Part shown: positions 1-13,350 of the stretch, in pieces
How the letters are laid out: every line of letters starts with the position of its first letter
How positions within the stretch are numbered: the stretch's first letter is position 1
DNA from: Sphyrna mokarran
Lineage: Eukaryota
DNA: 64,000 nucleotides
Direction: 5' to 3'
Assembly (NCBI GenBank): GCA_024679065.1
Contig: JAGIQG010000001.1
Coordinates: 152,396,001-152,460,000 of the forward strand
The notes under the pieces: generated by a model
What the model saw: only the letters and a program-made list of their open reading frames with translations
The model's database searches: none
Told to the model about the DNA's origin: nothing
Program-made: the position numbers and the translations under genes

Positions 1-1234
1 CAATAATTCTTAATTAATACATGTAAGTAATTAGAAGGTGTAGAATGAAAAATATTTTGATCAAACGGTATGAGTACAAATCTTGATTACTGATCCAGTG
101 AAGACAATATAAAAAAAATCTAGAAATGGTCAAGTTGACTGCTCAGGCTTACTTACAATTATACTTAGTGACCAGAGAGTCCGCTCCTTAGAGCAGAAAA
201 ATTTAAAAGTGGTAAATAATTAAGCTTTTTAATTAGCAAAGAACGACTAACTGTTTTCATTAGCAGGACGTTAAGTAACCGGGAGACACAGTTTTAAAAT
301 AACTGGCAAACAAAACAAAGGGGAGATGAGAATTATTTTATAAATGGCTGGTGGGATCAGATTCAGTAGTAAATTTGAAAGCGGATAGATGATTCTGCTA
401 TCCTAAGTGCATCATATACGATTTGATAGACATCAGCAGGTGACTAGGACTACCCGACCTCACTTCAGATCTTTGTGAAGTATCTTTTTGCTGTAATTAC
501 AATCTTTGCAATTAAATGGAGTTCATATTTATGTCTGTGTACAGATGCATGTGCATTTGTTGGGTGAAAGGAAGACTCAGATTAGGAGAGATTGGTAGGA
601 TCTTGTGAAAGTACGTGATGGGAATGTTGGGAAGGAAATATGCGACAGGTATTGCACAGAATTCGCCAACTCATTTAAGGACTTACATTTCTCTGTTACA
701 AATGGATGTGTGGGGATATGTGTATGTATGGAAGTGTAATGTTGGCATATTCATATATTTTTCGTATTGATTTCTCAGACAGTGATTGGGCCATCCATTA
801 ACTCTCTTAGTACTGGGTGTCTCCTCAAAACTACTCCACAGCCAGATGTCAGGGAACACAGATCTTTTATTCAGGCCACTTGCTCCACACTCCAAATGTT
901 CACTGCCCACCTAGGACAGTTCCCAATTATCTCATCCCACAACCTAGATCATATGATCTGTTCCCTTAAAGGAGCTATTCCATAACCTACATAATACCGT
1001 CAGTGGAGTGGTCCACACATTTGGGTAGAGTTGATCTTGCAACTCTGTTTGGGCTATTGATAGACAGTTTTGCATTTGGATTTCTGCAGACATGGCCATG
1101 GCTCCAGGTGTCACTGCTATCTGGAAGAATTTCAGGAAAAGTGATGTTTAGGTCTTTGGCCTCCCATATAGTTATTGGAACCAGGACAGAAGAAGCAGAA
1201 GATGCTTCTAACTTCTCGGCATTAAAGGGGTTGT

Positions 1235-2580
1235 CTTAAGGTGCCACATAAAGGTTACTGCAGAAGAGATAATGCTGTAGGGGCTGATATTAGCATGGAT
1301 TGAGGATTGCCCATCGAACAGGAAATGGTGTTGGGATAAATTATTCACAGGGCACCAGAGGGATCAGTGCTGAAACCTCACTTATACCTGATCTTTATTA
1401 ATGGCTGGTGAAAGAACTCACTGTATGGTAGCCAAGTTTATAGATAATACAAAGATAGGTAGGAAAGCAAGTTTTGAAGAGATACAAAGAGTCTGCAAAG
1501 GGATGTAAATAGCTTAATTAGACAAAATTTTGGCAGATAAATAATGTGGGTAAATGTGAGGTTGTCCATTTGGGTAGGAAGATTGAAACAGCAGAATATT
1601 ATTTAAATGGAAAACAACTGCAGAATACTGGAGTAAAGAGAGATCTGCGTGTTTCTATGTATGCCACTCTGTCAAGTAATAGGAGGTCTTGTGGTGCAGT
1701 GGTATCATGCCTACCTCTGAGCCAAACACCCTGGGTTCAAGTCCCACCTCGTGACTTGATGGCCAAGGAAAGTGCATTCATTACAGGTTTTTAAATCTGC
1801 AAATCCTTCCAATAGCTGGTAATAACAGAGGGATAGACTCCTGGTCAGCCATGTTTGATGCACAGTGGCATCGCTCAATGTGTAAGCCCCTAGTGACAGA
1901 CTAGCAACCTGTTCCAGGAATTACTAGCTGTGGAAATTAATGAAAGTCTGCTTTAGTGCATCATTGAGTGTGGGGAGAAAGTTGGAATATCAAGTAATTA
2001 GGGAGGCAAATGAAGCATTGACATCTATGGCAAAGAAGATGAAGTATATAAGGAGGAAAGTCTTGCTACAACTGTACAGTACATCAGTGAAATTGCACCT
2101 GGAGTGCTGTGTACAGTTTTGGTCTCCTTACTAAAGGAACAATATACTTGAATTGACAGCAATGCAGAGAAAGTTCACTGGGCTGGCTCATAGTTTGAGG
2201 GTATTGTCTTATAACAATAGCTTGAGCAGGTTGAGCCCAAACTTATGGAGTTTAGAAAAATGGAAATGGTCTTATTGAAACTTGTAAGATTCTCAGGGGA
2301 CTTGACTGGGTAGATGCTGGCAGCATATTTCCTCTCAGAGAAGAATCTAGAACTTGGGACACAGATGAAGAATCTCCCGTTTATGATGGAGATGAGAAAG
2401 AATTTTAATCTTAGAAGGATTGTTAATATTTGGAATTGTCTTCCATAGAAAGCAGTGGATGCTGGTTCATTGAATATATTCAGTGCTAAGCTGGATAGAT
2501 TTTCAACTGACAAAAGAGTCAAAGTTATGGGGGATAAGGAAGAAAGTGGCATTTAGACCACAATTAGATCAGCCATGATT
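1235..2580 (+). mobile_element. Decayed CR1/HER1-type LINE (RT to 3' UTR), interrupted by a SINE
   Basis: Fragments KCEVVHLGRK, LLQLYSTSVKLHLECCVQFWSPY and a CR1-type 3' end (TTAGATCAGCCATGAT); many stops and frameshifts. Confidence 0.85.
1681..1980 (+). mobile_element. tRNA-derived SINE inserted in the CR1 LINE
   Basis: A box GTGGTGCAGTGG and B box GGTTCAAGTCCC; LINE homology resumes after it; related copy near 34520. Confidence 0.7.
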
Positions 2581-2587
2581 TATGCAA

Positions 2588-2790
2588 AGATGTACAGGTT
2601 AGATGGATTAACCATACATACATAAATTGTCTCTTGGTGTCCAATGATTGTAGGTTAGGTGAATTATCCATGGTAAATGTGTGGAGTTATGGAGATAGCA
2701 GAGGGTCCAGATTGAATTGCTGTTTTTAGAGAGCTGACTAAATGGGCTAAATGGCCTCTTTCTACACTGTAGGGATTTTATGGTTTTATG
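2588..2790 (+). mobile_element. HE1 SINE, 3' half
   Basis: AAAGATGTACAGGTTAG...GGCCTCTTTCTACACTGTAGGGATTTTATG matches the HE1 body and tail of fuller copies in this window. Confidence 0.7.
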
Positions 2791-4033
2791 GTCTTACTGA
2801 ACGGTGGAGCATGCTCAATGGACCAAGTGGCCTACCCCTGCACTTACATTTGTGATCTTGAGTACTTGCAACTCTCATGGTGCTGCCTCATTGAAATCAT
2901 GCTAATTATCAATTGAACAGTCCTTTCAATTTGAAACTGGATTGGGATTTTGGATATCCTTTTCATTTTAGTTTTGGATGGTACTGAGTCCAAAAACAGG
3001 AACTGCAATCTACCATTTGGGGTATGATAATACATGATGTGCACCTCTGCTCAATTTTGCAAAAACAGACCAAATGTTAATTTAATTCAAGACAATTATG
3101 TAATACATGCTGTTGCTGTGACATATTGTTAAGTTCTGTAAAGCCTGATCTAATAGGCAATCTTTTGTGCCATCCTTCGGTGGAGAAGGAAGCTGAGTGT
3201 GGATCATGCATATTTTCCCAAATAACATCTGAGGCTCTCTTATCAACTTATCAGACAGTCTTCAAATGGCGGAAGCTTGCTTCCTGTCAATACAATCTAG
3301 AATGTTTGATCTGTGTGTGGCATTCTGTTACTGGTAACCTATGGGAAGTAACTGAGATAATTCAGCTAATTTATTCAGTGAGTATCTGTAGCATACAGAT
3401 TCAGAAACTCTGAGGTTCAATCCTTATTCTCTGCTGCTGTGAGCTGGAACAGTGGTAACTGGCCTTAAGGCAAATGATTAATTTCTCACTCTAATCCCTT
3501 ATGGAAGAAACATTTATTTGAGGGGGATGCAATGAAAATCAGCAATCGCTATAATGCCCTGCAGGTTTGACTAACCCACTTGTGGCCTTCCCTACACGTG
3601 ATGTAGGAGCAGCTGGTAAGATATTGGAATATAACTAGCATCTGTGGGGAAAATATTTCAGCAAGGAGTCCAACGCTTGCAGACAGAGAGAGGCCTGTGA
3701 AGATTTTTTTATAATTTTTATTCTATCCAAAAGATCAAATTCAAATTGAAATTCATCCTTGCACGAGAGAAACAAACAAGATTCAAGCTGAGGCATTGCA
3801 CCTCACCCTGAGCTTGATCTGATGCTTCATCTTTGGCCTAAAGGCTGAGATGGCTTTGAAAAATTGCATCAGGCAAGTATCTGTTGAAACTCATTGGCTA
3901 CCCTTATCATTGACCCTACCGTAGCCTGGGAGGTTAGGCCTGATTGTTAACTCTACCCTAACCTGGGAGATTAACTTGTCTGATTATTGACTCTCCCCTA
4001 TCAGATAAATGACTTTGGCTTGAAGTTGTGTGA

Positions 4034-4305
4034 TTTTTTTTTTTATTCATTCATGGGACATGAGCATTGCTGGCTGGCCAGAGGGCAGTTGAAAGTCAGC
4101 CACATTGCTGTGGCTCTGGAGTCACATGTAAACTAGAGCAGATAAGGACAGCAAAATTCTTTCCCTAAAGGACATTAGTGAACCCAATCAGTTTTTCCAA
4201 CAATCAACAATGCTTTCACGATCATCAATAGATTATTAATTCCAGATATATTTATTGAAATCAAATTCCACCACTTGTCGTGGGGGGATTCGAACTCGGA
4301 ACTCC
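4034..4305 (-). mobile_element. Shark tRNA-derived SINE (family B, LINE-derived tail)
   Basis: Same body as copies at 10377, 23905, 29868, 31115 and 48012 (TTCCCTAAAGGACATTAGTGAACC motif); B box on the minus strand; A-rich tail. Confidence 0.8.
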
Positions 4306-4721
4306 ATCTGAACTTGAAATTATGCCTAGGAATTAAAAAAAAGACAATCTTCCAACTTTTTGGATAGATTACTTTTAATATGACCCAACACTGTCTCTAC
4401 ACGTATTTCCTTATCTTTTCTGCATCAAAATAAAATGTTTAATTTCTATTACTTGTTTAATGTTTTACCACATAAGCGTGTATTGGTTTCTAATGAAAAA
4501 AAGATAGCCTGGTGTTGAGAAGAAAATTAAGCTGAATGTTATTGATAGCTGTGTCACTGATCTCCTGGCAAATTCTGCAGGATAATGGATCTATCCAGCT
4601 GTTTCCTTCTTCACTCTTGCTATCTTGTAAACTAAGACAGATTTACAGCCGTTGTGATGAAGCTGTCACGCTTATGGATTTTGAAACTAATGAATACTTT
4701 TTTTTCTTCTCTGCATTTCAG

Positions 4722-4801
4722 CGAAGCTTCCTGGGCTCCGCTACATTTGCAGTTGGTGATCTGCTGAAGTCGGAGGAGCAAACCTTGACTATTAACCTAA
4801 G
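4722..4801 (+). CDS. INPP4B: INPP4B internal coding exon (C2 domain, 80 nt, phase 0 to 2)
   Basis: Branch-like CTAAT at 4687, polypyrimidine tract and TTTCAG acceptor, donor AG|GTATGT. Translates RSFLGSATFAVGDLLKSEEQTLTINL, matching recalled human INPP4B [26 protein letters not shown] better than INPP4A. Confidence 0.93.
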
Positions 4802-5551
4802 GTATGTTCACAAAGATTAAAAATAAACTAATTCTGGCCTCTTGTAATAGTGATAACACACCTCAAAAAACCACACGAGAGTTAGGCAGACATTTAATTG
4901 GCAATTTCTGAACTCTTATTCGTGCTGTGGCTTGTATTCAGCATATTTAAAGATCTGTGTGACACATAAAGAAAAATTGAACGGCAACAGTAATTATCTG
5001 TGATGGCTGCAGTGGGTTACAAGTGAAATGAGTTTGGGCAGTCTCATTTTATCTGTCAATGGACATGGGTTCAGCAGCCCAGAACTCCCCTTCTGATTCC
5101 ACCTTAATTAGCGTATCCTCATGCTGAGATGAATAGGTATTATGGGAACAGAGGGTGTCTCATAAGTGCTTCTAACAGGCTCTCCATCTGAATTTGTAGT
5201 TTAAATGCACTCTAAGAACAGTGCAGATGAAGCTCTACATTTATGTCTGATCTGGAAACACTCGATGTGCAGGGAGTTAGGTCTTTTCCCAAGTATCTTT
5301 ACGCCTATGATCAGTGCATGTATGAAAAGGCTCTTCTAAAAGAACTTAATTTCATGGATGCCGATGTCTAAGTTTCTTCTTAGTTTAAATACATCATCAC
5401 TTTGAAAAGAAATGCACACCTTTTGTGAATTACATGAAAACAAGATTGCAGCAGATGAATAAAAACACAAAATGTTGGGAAAATTCAAAAAATTAACAAT
5501 TACAGTAGATTCCCTTTCATGTGAAACATCATTGATTTGAAAGATTTTACT

Positions 5552-6455
5552 AGGTTCGCACCCAGTTTCTCCCCCCTTACTGGTCCTGTTCTGCCAGCAT
5601 AATCAGCCTCGCACCTACACTTATTTTAATATTCATAATCGTCTTATGATATTTGTGAGCCCAGGTGCAATTGTCTGGGTTCCCTTGCTTTAACAGCCTT
5701 GCCAGTGGAGGTCCTCATCAGGGAAGATTATGTCTGGTCCCCCACCAATAGGGATCTGATGTGATGGCTTGCCAATGGAACTGGAGGCCATAGAAGCACC
5801 ATGTCCAGGGTAGTCAGGGGTGGGGTGGGCAGTGTGAGCCTGGCAATTTTATCCTAGGATACTGGAACTGCCAGCCAGGCACCCTGGCATTGCTCACCAG
5901 AGGCCTGGCACCGACCTGTGCCAAGATGCATGCACTAAGGGGAAGGGTGAGGCCTGAGGGTGGCAAGACCTGAAAGGATCAGGTCTGATGGGACAGCAGG
6001 GTGTGGAGAGCTCCATAGAGGCTGTGTATCCTGCATCGGGGATTGCCTGAGTGGCAAATAACTGGAGGGGGAGGGGATGTGGATGAGATCAGCTAGGGCA
6101 TAGCATTTGGCTGGGTTGGGGATCACTGGCAATGATTGAGAGGGGATTGCGATTGCTGGTGGCGATTTGGCAAGTTGAGTAAGGGAATGATCACCAGAGG
6201 GATAGTTCAATACTCAGGGAATGGGGGGCAGTGACAATCTCAGGCCACGTGCACAATAGCACTCTCTTGCAGTCTGCAGCCAGTTTCTCATCAGTTTGAT
6301 TCTTATCAGTAAAGGGAGTGCGAATAGACTCCACTCCCCTTACCGATGAGAATCATACTTTGTCTCATTTATTTTCTAAATGTCATAAGATAGCACAAGG
6401 GAGTTTGCCAAAAAAAAAGGATGTGATTCCATCTCATTTTCAAACTCATTCGGCA
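5552..6455. mobile_element. GC-rich non-autonomous DNA element (MITE-like) inserted into a Penelope terminus
   Basis: GC-rich block splitting a Penelope-type end (5445-5550 and 6456-6515); contains a subterminal hairpin at 6297-6355. Confidence 0.5.
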
Positions 6456-7094
6456 CCCTCTCCATAGGTACTGCCTGACCTGCTGAGTGTTTCCAGTTTT
6501 TTGTTCTTTTTTTGTTGTGACTCAATAGAGAGCATAACTTATTCAAGAAGATTCAAACTCCTGTTATTAACTGAAATAATTAATGGCACAAAATTCCACA
6601 TTTTAAACAAAACTTGTTTACTGTACAAAAGTCAAGCAAAGCAAGTACTATGAACAACATTTTATTTTGAAAAGTCTTATTCTTTGAATTTAAAAATTTA
6701 ACAGAATATCCTGCTCAACTTTTATTCCCATTCCCATCCCTATAATTGTCCTTATCCTTTTAGGATCTTAAGGGTTCCTTCATTTCTCCTAGGGACAAAC
6801 CAAGATATGCCATAGCTCTCAGATATTCACTTTGACTCTTGTCAGTAATTTCCAACATTCTCTGAGGTATGGACTTTCTTGGGCGCTGAGCATGCAGCTG
6901 GATGAACACTCCAAGCCTTCTTCAACCCTGTAGGATCATTAGTTTAAGCATGAGTCTCACTGCTTTCTTGCTTCGTGACTCCAGATGAGAAAACATCTTA
7001 GTTTCTGATATCTCTCAGTAACTGATCTACAACTCCCAGGAGATCATCCCTCTGATGACTCAAAACTGCACTGGACTCGGAATTCATTTCGAAC

Positions 7095-7377
7095 CATAGA
7101 ATCCCTGCAGAGCAGAAGGAGGAAATTCAGTCCATCAAGTCTGCACTGACTCTGAGAATTCCACACAAGCACGATTCCCATAACCCTGCACATTCTATCA
7201 TGGTTAATCCACCTAATCTACACATCTTTGGACTCTGGGAGGATATCAGAGCGTCTGGAGGGAACCCACTTAGACACAGAGAGAATATACAAGCTTCACG
7301 CAGTCACCAAGGGCTGGGATTGAACGTGAGTTCTGGCCCTATGAGGCAACAGTGCTAATCATGTGCCACCATGCTGC
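7095..7377 (-). mobile_element. HE1 (V-SINE), full length
   Basis: Reverse complement of the HE1 head (GCAGCATGGTGGCAC), V-domain and CR1-like tail. Confidence 0.85.
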
Positions 7378-7578
7378 TGTTTCTGTGAGAAATCATACAG
7401 AGGAAGCCCAAAACCTAAAAAAATCCTCTCTGTAATCTGGCTTCCAAGGCAACATTGCATACTTGGGATGTCCCAGATAGAGATTGAAACTAAGTATATC
7501 CAATTCTCAAACCTTCCCTTTGTTTTGAGATGTCATATCATTAACTTAACCTCGTGTTAGAACAGCTATAGACTTGTT

Positions 7579-8231
7579 GGGTAGAATTTTACTTAAAAAT
7601 AGAGAAGTGTCAGGTTTTCCATCCAGTTCTTCCCACACTTCACCATCTTAAAGTGGAAAGCATGTTTTTTGCTTTCATTGTGATGTGCAAGGCCTAAAGA
7701 TGCAAGGTCCATGAGATTTGTGTATCTCGATTTCCATCTCATGGACATCAGGGTGCCCCTGTCAATAATTACCAGCATCAACCACATCTGCACCCCACCC
7801 CCCAACCTAGAATCCATGGCATCAAAGCCTTCTCCCTCCTTAAAGGATTGTTGACACCAGTTAGGGCCTTCCATATGGGTCTCTCTATGAGCTCCATCCC
7901 TGATGCCGCCCCCCCCCCCCCCAATCCTGCCCCTGTGATGCCAGGGTTGGTGCTAGACCAAATCCCTGACCACCCAGGGCAACACTGGCCTCTGAGTCCC
8001 CAGTTAGTATCATGTCTGGTCTCCATTTTTTGAGACCAGCAGTGATTCTCATTATCTTATGTTATGCCAGTGGGTGGGAATGTGTAGCGTTCCCAGAATA
8101 CCCGACATTATGTTGATTTTGAATATTTAAATACAGGTTAATGAATGATAACCTGGTTCACACCCTCACTGGGATCATTCTGACTCCCCGTTGCAAATCT
8201 TGTTATGGCCCTCCCATGAAAATTTCTGCCC
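7579..8231. mobile_element. PIF/Harbinger-type MITE
   Basis: Terminal inverted repeats GGGTAGAATTTTAC ... TGAAAATTTCTGCCC around a GC-rich non-coding core. Confidence 0.65.
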
Positions 8232-8479
8232 TTAACAGCATTTGTATCCGCACAGAATAGGGCTGGGAAATCATCCTTTCTGCCTCTGTCACGAAGTCCA
8301 GAAAGGAGTGACCCATTGTTTAGTGTTTTTCCACTGCCAACTCAGGTCTTATAAATTAAATCCTTTGAATTGCAATTACTAAAAGTTTGTTTATCAGCTT
8401 CTTTAAGGAGTGCTGGAATTTTATTGTTCCATCCACCATGAGAATCAGAGCGGGCGAGGGGCAATTGGTTGTTGAATTC

Positions 8480-8534
8480 GGGTGGAATTTTACGATTTTG
8501 GGATGAGGACAAGCAAGGCCATAAAATCCCACCC
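8480..8534. mobile_element. 55-bp minimal MITE (TIR pair plus short spacer)
   Basis: GGGTGGAATTTTACG ... CATAAAATCCCACCC, a 15-bp inverted pair with 2 mismatches. Confidence 0.6.
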
Positions 8535-10376
8535 GAGATATTTTTTAGTTACCTTGCGTTTAAAAATTTTAATTCCCAAAATAAATGTTATATTCCTAAA
8601 ATATGTGAATCATAAAATTAGCCATTCGTAATTCACGAACAGTAAACTGCTTAAAAAAACTCCGGACAATGAAAGATAAATATGCACAGTTTTATGTAAA
8701 AATTTCTGCTGTGTTTAGAGAATCATCACATGTAATGTAGGAACATGAAGTTGTAATGGAATTGTTGATAAAGATGGTGAAGTTAAAAATGAGAAACAGT
8801 AAAATGAATCCAACCCAGGAGCTAAATTCATATTTAATTCATGTCCCCCTCACTCTTAGCCTCACTATTTGTAGCCAAAGCCTATCTCTTAAGCACTGGA
8901 GTTTGCTTCTGAAACTTTTCCCCACCTTTACATTTTTCTTTGTCACTCAATAACAAAGCTTCCTCTATGAATAAGCTTTTAAGTCACTCCTGATATTTGC
9001 TTCTTTGGTTTGGCCTGGGATTTCCAGCTCCAATCCCAGATGGGGTCTTACTGGGGATTTTAATTACAATAACATATCTTCAACCACTTTGTATTTCAGC
9101 TCCATTGAGAATAATGGCCAATATTCCATTAGCCTATTAAATTATTTAATAGCTTGAAGTGATTTTTGTATTTCAACCCCTTAACTTTCGCCACTTCTCC
9201 ACGGTTTCCAGCTCCTCACCATTTAGAAATTTACTGCAATCTTTCTTTCTTGCGTCCAAAATGAATAATCCTCACACTTTTTCACAGAATTCCCACCTGC
9301 CAGCTCACCCCAAAAACTTAATCTATCAATTTTCTACTCACATTTACCATATTTATCATCAGAAAATTCTGAAAATACTTGGCACATCAGTCAGAATCTG
9401 GGAAGTCTTGTGCATGCCCTATGGCAAGCTTGGTGCTGGAGGGCAGTTGGAGACCCTGGTGCTATCCCACCTTCACCCTTATTAGATTCAAGGTGAAAGG
9501 GTCTGTGGACAGCCTTTTATCACCACTGCCAATGGAAGCTCTTAAGTGGCCAATCAATGGACACATAGTGACCTCTGCTTCCAGTAGCGAGACTATTATT
9601 CAAGTCCCCATTTCTGGTGGCCATTTGTGCTCCTCCCTGATGTGGACCTCCGCTGGTAAGTTTGGAATGCCAAGTCCTGGGCTCGTTAAATAGATTAAAA
9701 TTAGAAAATGAATATTAAAATCAGCCTTGCGCCATGAGTCCGGCCAGATGCTGGGCGCGATTTCTGTTTTTGGCTTCCCATTTGCATTTCACGCTCCACT
9801 ACATAACTTAACTAGTGTAACAGGATAGGAAAATCATACTCCATCTTGCTTTCAGAAGATACTGCTTGGCTGTGGATTTCCAGCATTTTCTGTTTCAGGT
9901 TTCCAGCACTGCAAGATTTTACTTGAATTCTATTTACTCTGCCACCTAGCTTAGTACTTAGATATATGGATCCCTGTTCCTTAAACAAAATCAATTTTTT
10001 TGTTAAGAGAAACATGATAAATGGTTATTTCCATTTGAGCATATTAATTCATATTCACATTAAATGTCAAAGTGACCATTAAAGATTGTTGAAACTGTTT
10101 TTCATGATCTGATTTGTGACATTTTTAACCAGTATGAGAGTGATGTATTTCAGATGTATATTTTTCTAAATATTCTATGGCTGCAACACAGAGCAAACAA
10201 TTGGACAGTTTCCCTTTCGGTTTTTGAAGTTGCTTGCTTAGCTATTAATATTTAAACTGTGAGGTGAGCTGGATTCAAGCCTGTAACCATAGAAACCTTT
10301 ATCTAAGCTTAAAAGGGTTGATCTGAAGAGGGAACTTCAGCAAATTCTGAACAGAAAATTTCATACATTTTATGTC

Positions 10377-10723
10377 TTTATTCATTCATGGGACATGGGT
10401 GTTAGTGACCACTAAGCATTTATTGTCCATCTCTAGTTGCCTGAAGGCAATTGAGAGTCAACCACATTGTTGTGGGTCTGGAGTCAAATGCAGGCCAGAC
10501 CAAATAAGAATGACAAATTTCCTTCCCTAAATGACATTAGTGAACCAGATGGATTTTTCTGACAATTGACAATGGTTTCATGATCATCAGTAGATTCTTA
10601 ATTCCAGATTTTTACTGAATTTAAATTTCACCATCCACCATGGTGAGATTCAAACTTGGGTCTTCAGAACATTAGCTGAGTTTCTGGATTGTCTAATCAT
10701 AATACCACCATGTTATCACTTCC
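10377..10723 (-). mobile_element. Shark tRNA-derived SINE (family B)
   Basis: Near full-length reverse complement of the 31115 copy. Confidence 0.85.
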
Positions 10724-11860
10724 ACAATGTCTTTATTATTATTTTGCCTTCTCAAGATGGGTACAGATCTTCTTGGCTGCACTTCGCTCATAACTGACAG
10801 GCTCTCAGAGGATCAGTGAATTTACAAGTTTTAATTTTTATATGCTTCAAAAAAAATTGGAATTTAATAGTTTAAACAAATCCAATTACACTTGATTTAA
10901 ATGTGTACAAAACTTTGAGGTATACAACTCTGAAATTGAATTTGTACATCACTTAGATGATAGTTGAATTCTGTTTAGAAGTACCGCATTATCTATTTGT
11001 TAAGTTCAGTAAGATTGATATTACTGCAATTGTATTGATGCGATGAGCAGATTCTGTCCCTTCAGCAGTGTAAGTTGGCTTCCTGATGATTCCTCAAAGT
11101 CTAGTCCAAGTATGTTACACATTCTCTTCATGGCAATTTTGTGACTATCATAACGCTTGTTTGTTTCAATTATGTCTTAGAGATGGCTACCTGCAAAGAA
11201 ATTCCAGAGTATCTGTGCATTTCTCTATCCAATGCTAGTTAATGAGGCAACACATTTGCAGTTATAACCACCATATTTGAATGTTTTGATCTATTACATG
11301 CCTTTAATAATATGCAACTACTAGGAGAAATAATATATTTCAACATCATCAAAGAGAAGGCACCAAGCAATTAATTTCATGGACTTTCAGGTGTTTGTTT
11401 AGTTGATAAAACGCCCTAAGTATTATAAATAAAATTCTGAGACTGTCTCGAACCCAGTTTCCACTTCGTTGAGATTATGCATTTCTCATGATCTTCACTT
11501 TTGAAGATCTGTCACTTTGTTATTGAAAGATGTTCACCTGATGTTTGTCTTGCATGTAGGTTTAGCTGGTACAATACAGTCTGAAATAAGTCATTTTGTT
11601 TATTGTAAAAATGTTATAATAAAGCAAGGTTCTAGGTAATCCTGGAAGCAAATTGTGCAGAATGAATTATCTCTTCAGCACTGCCGTGGCGACAAGTTAT
11701 TAAGTAATTGGTTGAGAAATTTGAGTGTTCTCAAAATGCGCAGGGATCATTTTCTGAGTCTGAATGGAATGGCTTGATGCTCATGTAATATTGAGTACAG
11801 ACTTCATGATCATTGAGCCTGCAAGCTACATGCACCTAATGGAAGCTTGTCAAAGAAGAA

Positions 11861-12174
11861 GGGCAGCATGGTGGCAAGTAATTAGCACTGCTGCTTCACA
11901 ACACCAGGGATCTGGGTTGAGTTCCAGCCTTGGGTCACTGTCCGTGTGGAGTCTGCACATTCTCGCTGTGTCTGTGTGGGTTTCCTCTGGGTCCTCCAGT
12001 TTCCTCCCACAATCCAAAGATGTGTGGGTTAGGTTGATTGACCATGCTAAATTAACCCTGGTGGCAGGTAATGTCAGTAAATATGTGGGATTATGTGAAT
12101 AGGGCCTGAGTGGAATTATGGTTAGTGTAGCTTTGATGGGCCAAATGACCTCTTTCTGCACTGTAGGGATTCTA
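11861..12174 (+). mobile_element. HE1 (V-SINE), full length
   Basis: GGGCAGCATGGTGGC head with A/B boxes, V-domain GTGTGGAGTCTGCACATTCTC...TTTCCTCCCACAATCCAAAGATGTG, tail CTGCACTGTAGGGATTCTA. Confidence 0.9.
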
Positions 12175-12684
12175 GGGAAGAAGACTTGAAGATCTGGCTG
12201 CTTAAACAACAGTGTTGCTTAAATTTCAAGTGGCAATTGGGACACGTGGCAGGTCAGGTAGTGATGTTTGGCAGTGACAAAGGATTGGGAAAAGTGGCTA
12301 GAAGTTGCCAATGATTGGGTAAGATAACAGCCAGGAGTGGGAGGGTCAAGAACTAGCGATATTTATTATGATAAATATATATATTTATAGTAATAATCTG
12401 CATATTTACAGTCTTGTGAAATGTTGGTGGTAATAAAGATGATCTCAGAGATTGTCTTCACACAAAGTACAATGTGTATGTAATATTTCAAAGAATTATT
12501 GACTACTTTCATTAGTTTTTACTATTATTAACTTTTATATAAATACACCCACCAAGTTGTCCAAATCAGCTTTTAACTGTGGGGCAAATGGAATGGATAA
12601 CTTTTGTGCCATTTGTTGAAATATATCTTCATAAGCTGTGCAAGTGAAGAAGCAGCAATTTTTACATTTCTGACTTATTTTAGT

Positions 12685-13350
12685 TTGGATGAAACGTCAC
12701 AGACTTGAAACGGTGAGTCAGGCGATAAGGTTTCCCAAACTGCCTCAGGGAACATGTCTCAGCCAAAGACTTTCTATCCAAGAGAATGCCAGCAAATCTA
12801 ATTTTCCAATAGCTCTAAAGTACCATCAGCCCCAACTCCTGGGGTCTTGAACCGGTTAAATGTGATGGTTCTGATGGCAGGGAGGGGAGGTGAAGCCCGG
12901 TGTGTGGAAGTTTTGGAGTGGTTGCTTGTGGGGAGGCAAATCTTGAGGGATAGTCACTTTTTGTGGAAAGGGAGCCCTTGAGGAAGGTGCGCGGGAGGTC
13001 CAAGCAGGGTGATCTGCTGTGCTTACACCCTGCCTCTGACTGCCTCCTGCCAGCCTCCTGCCAGCCTCAAAATTGATAGCGAGAGGTCATTAAGTGGCCT
13101 ATAAAAAGCCTCAATTTGGATGAGGTTGGGTGGTCACACTGGGCTTCACCTATCTCTGTAAGATCACAGACAAGTTGGGGGTGAGTGGGGAAGTGGCAGA
13201 AGATTTTAATTGGCCCCCTGCCTGCAACCCACCTTTGGGAGACTAGGAAATTCTGCCTCTGTCTATTCTCTCTCCACAGATGCTGTCAGACCTGCCGATT
13301 ACGTCTGCATTTCCACTTTTCATGACAGATTTCCTGCATGTTTTGCTTCA
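12685..13350 (+). mobile_element. Penelope-type terminal repeat split by a MITE (about 12719-13258)
   Basis: GGATGAAACGTCACAGACTTGAAAC at 12687 continues as TCTCTCTCCACAGATGCTGTCAGACCTG at about 13268; the insert ends in GGAAATTCTGCCT (MITE-type TIR). Confidence 0.6.

Noticed and set aside
1-4700. Preceding INPP4B exon(s), including the short exon upstream of RSFLG in mammals
   Set aside because: No matching peptide with splice sites found; probably outside the window or too diverged.
4536-4820. 94-aa ORF read as a standalone gene with a signal peptide
   Set aside because: Only 4722-4801 is homologous to INPP4B and it is bounded by canonical splice sites; the rest is intron read-through.
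11861-11935. tRNA-like A/B boxes (also 1685, 31120, 52815)
   Set aside because: These are SINE heads; no complete cloverleaf, and each continues into a SINE body.
11764-12209. Overlapping 112-aa and 119-aa ORFs
   Set aside because: Both are translations of an HE1 SINE; similar peptides recur at 18059, 53107 and 57183.
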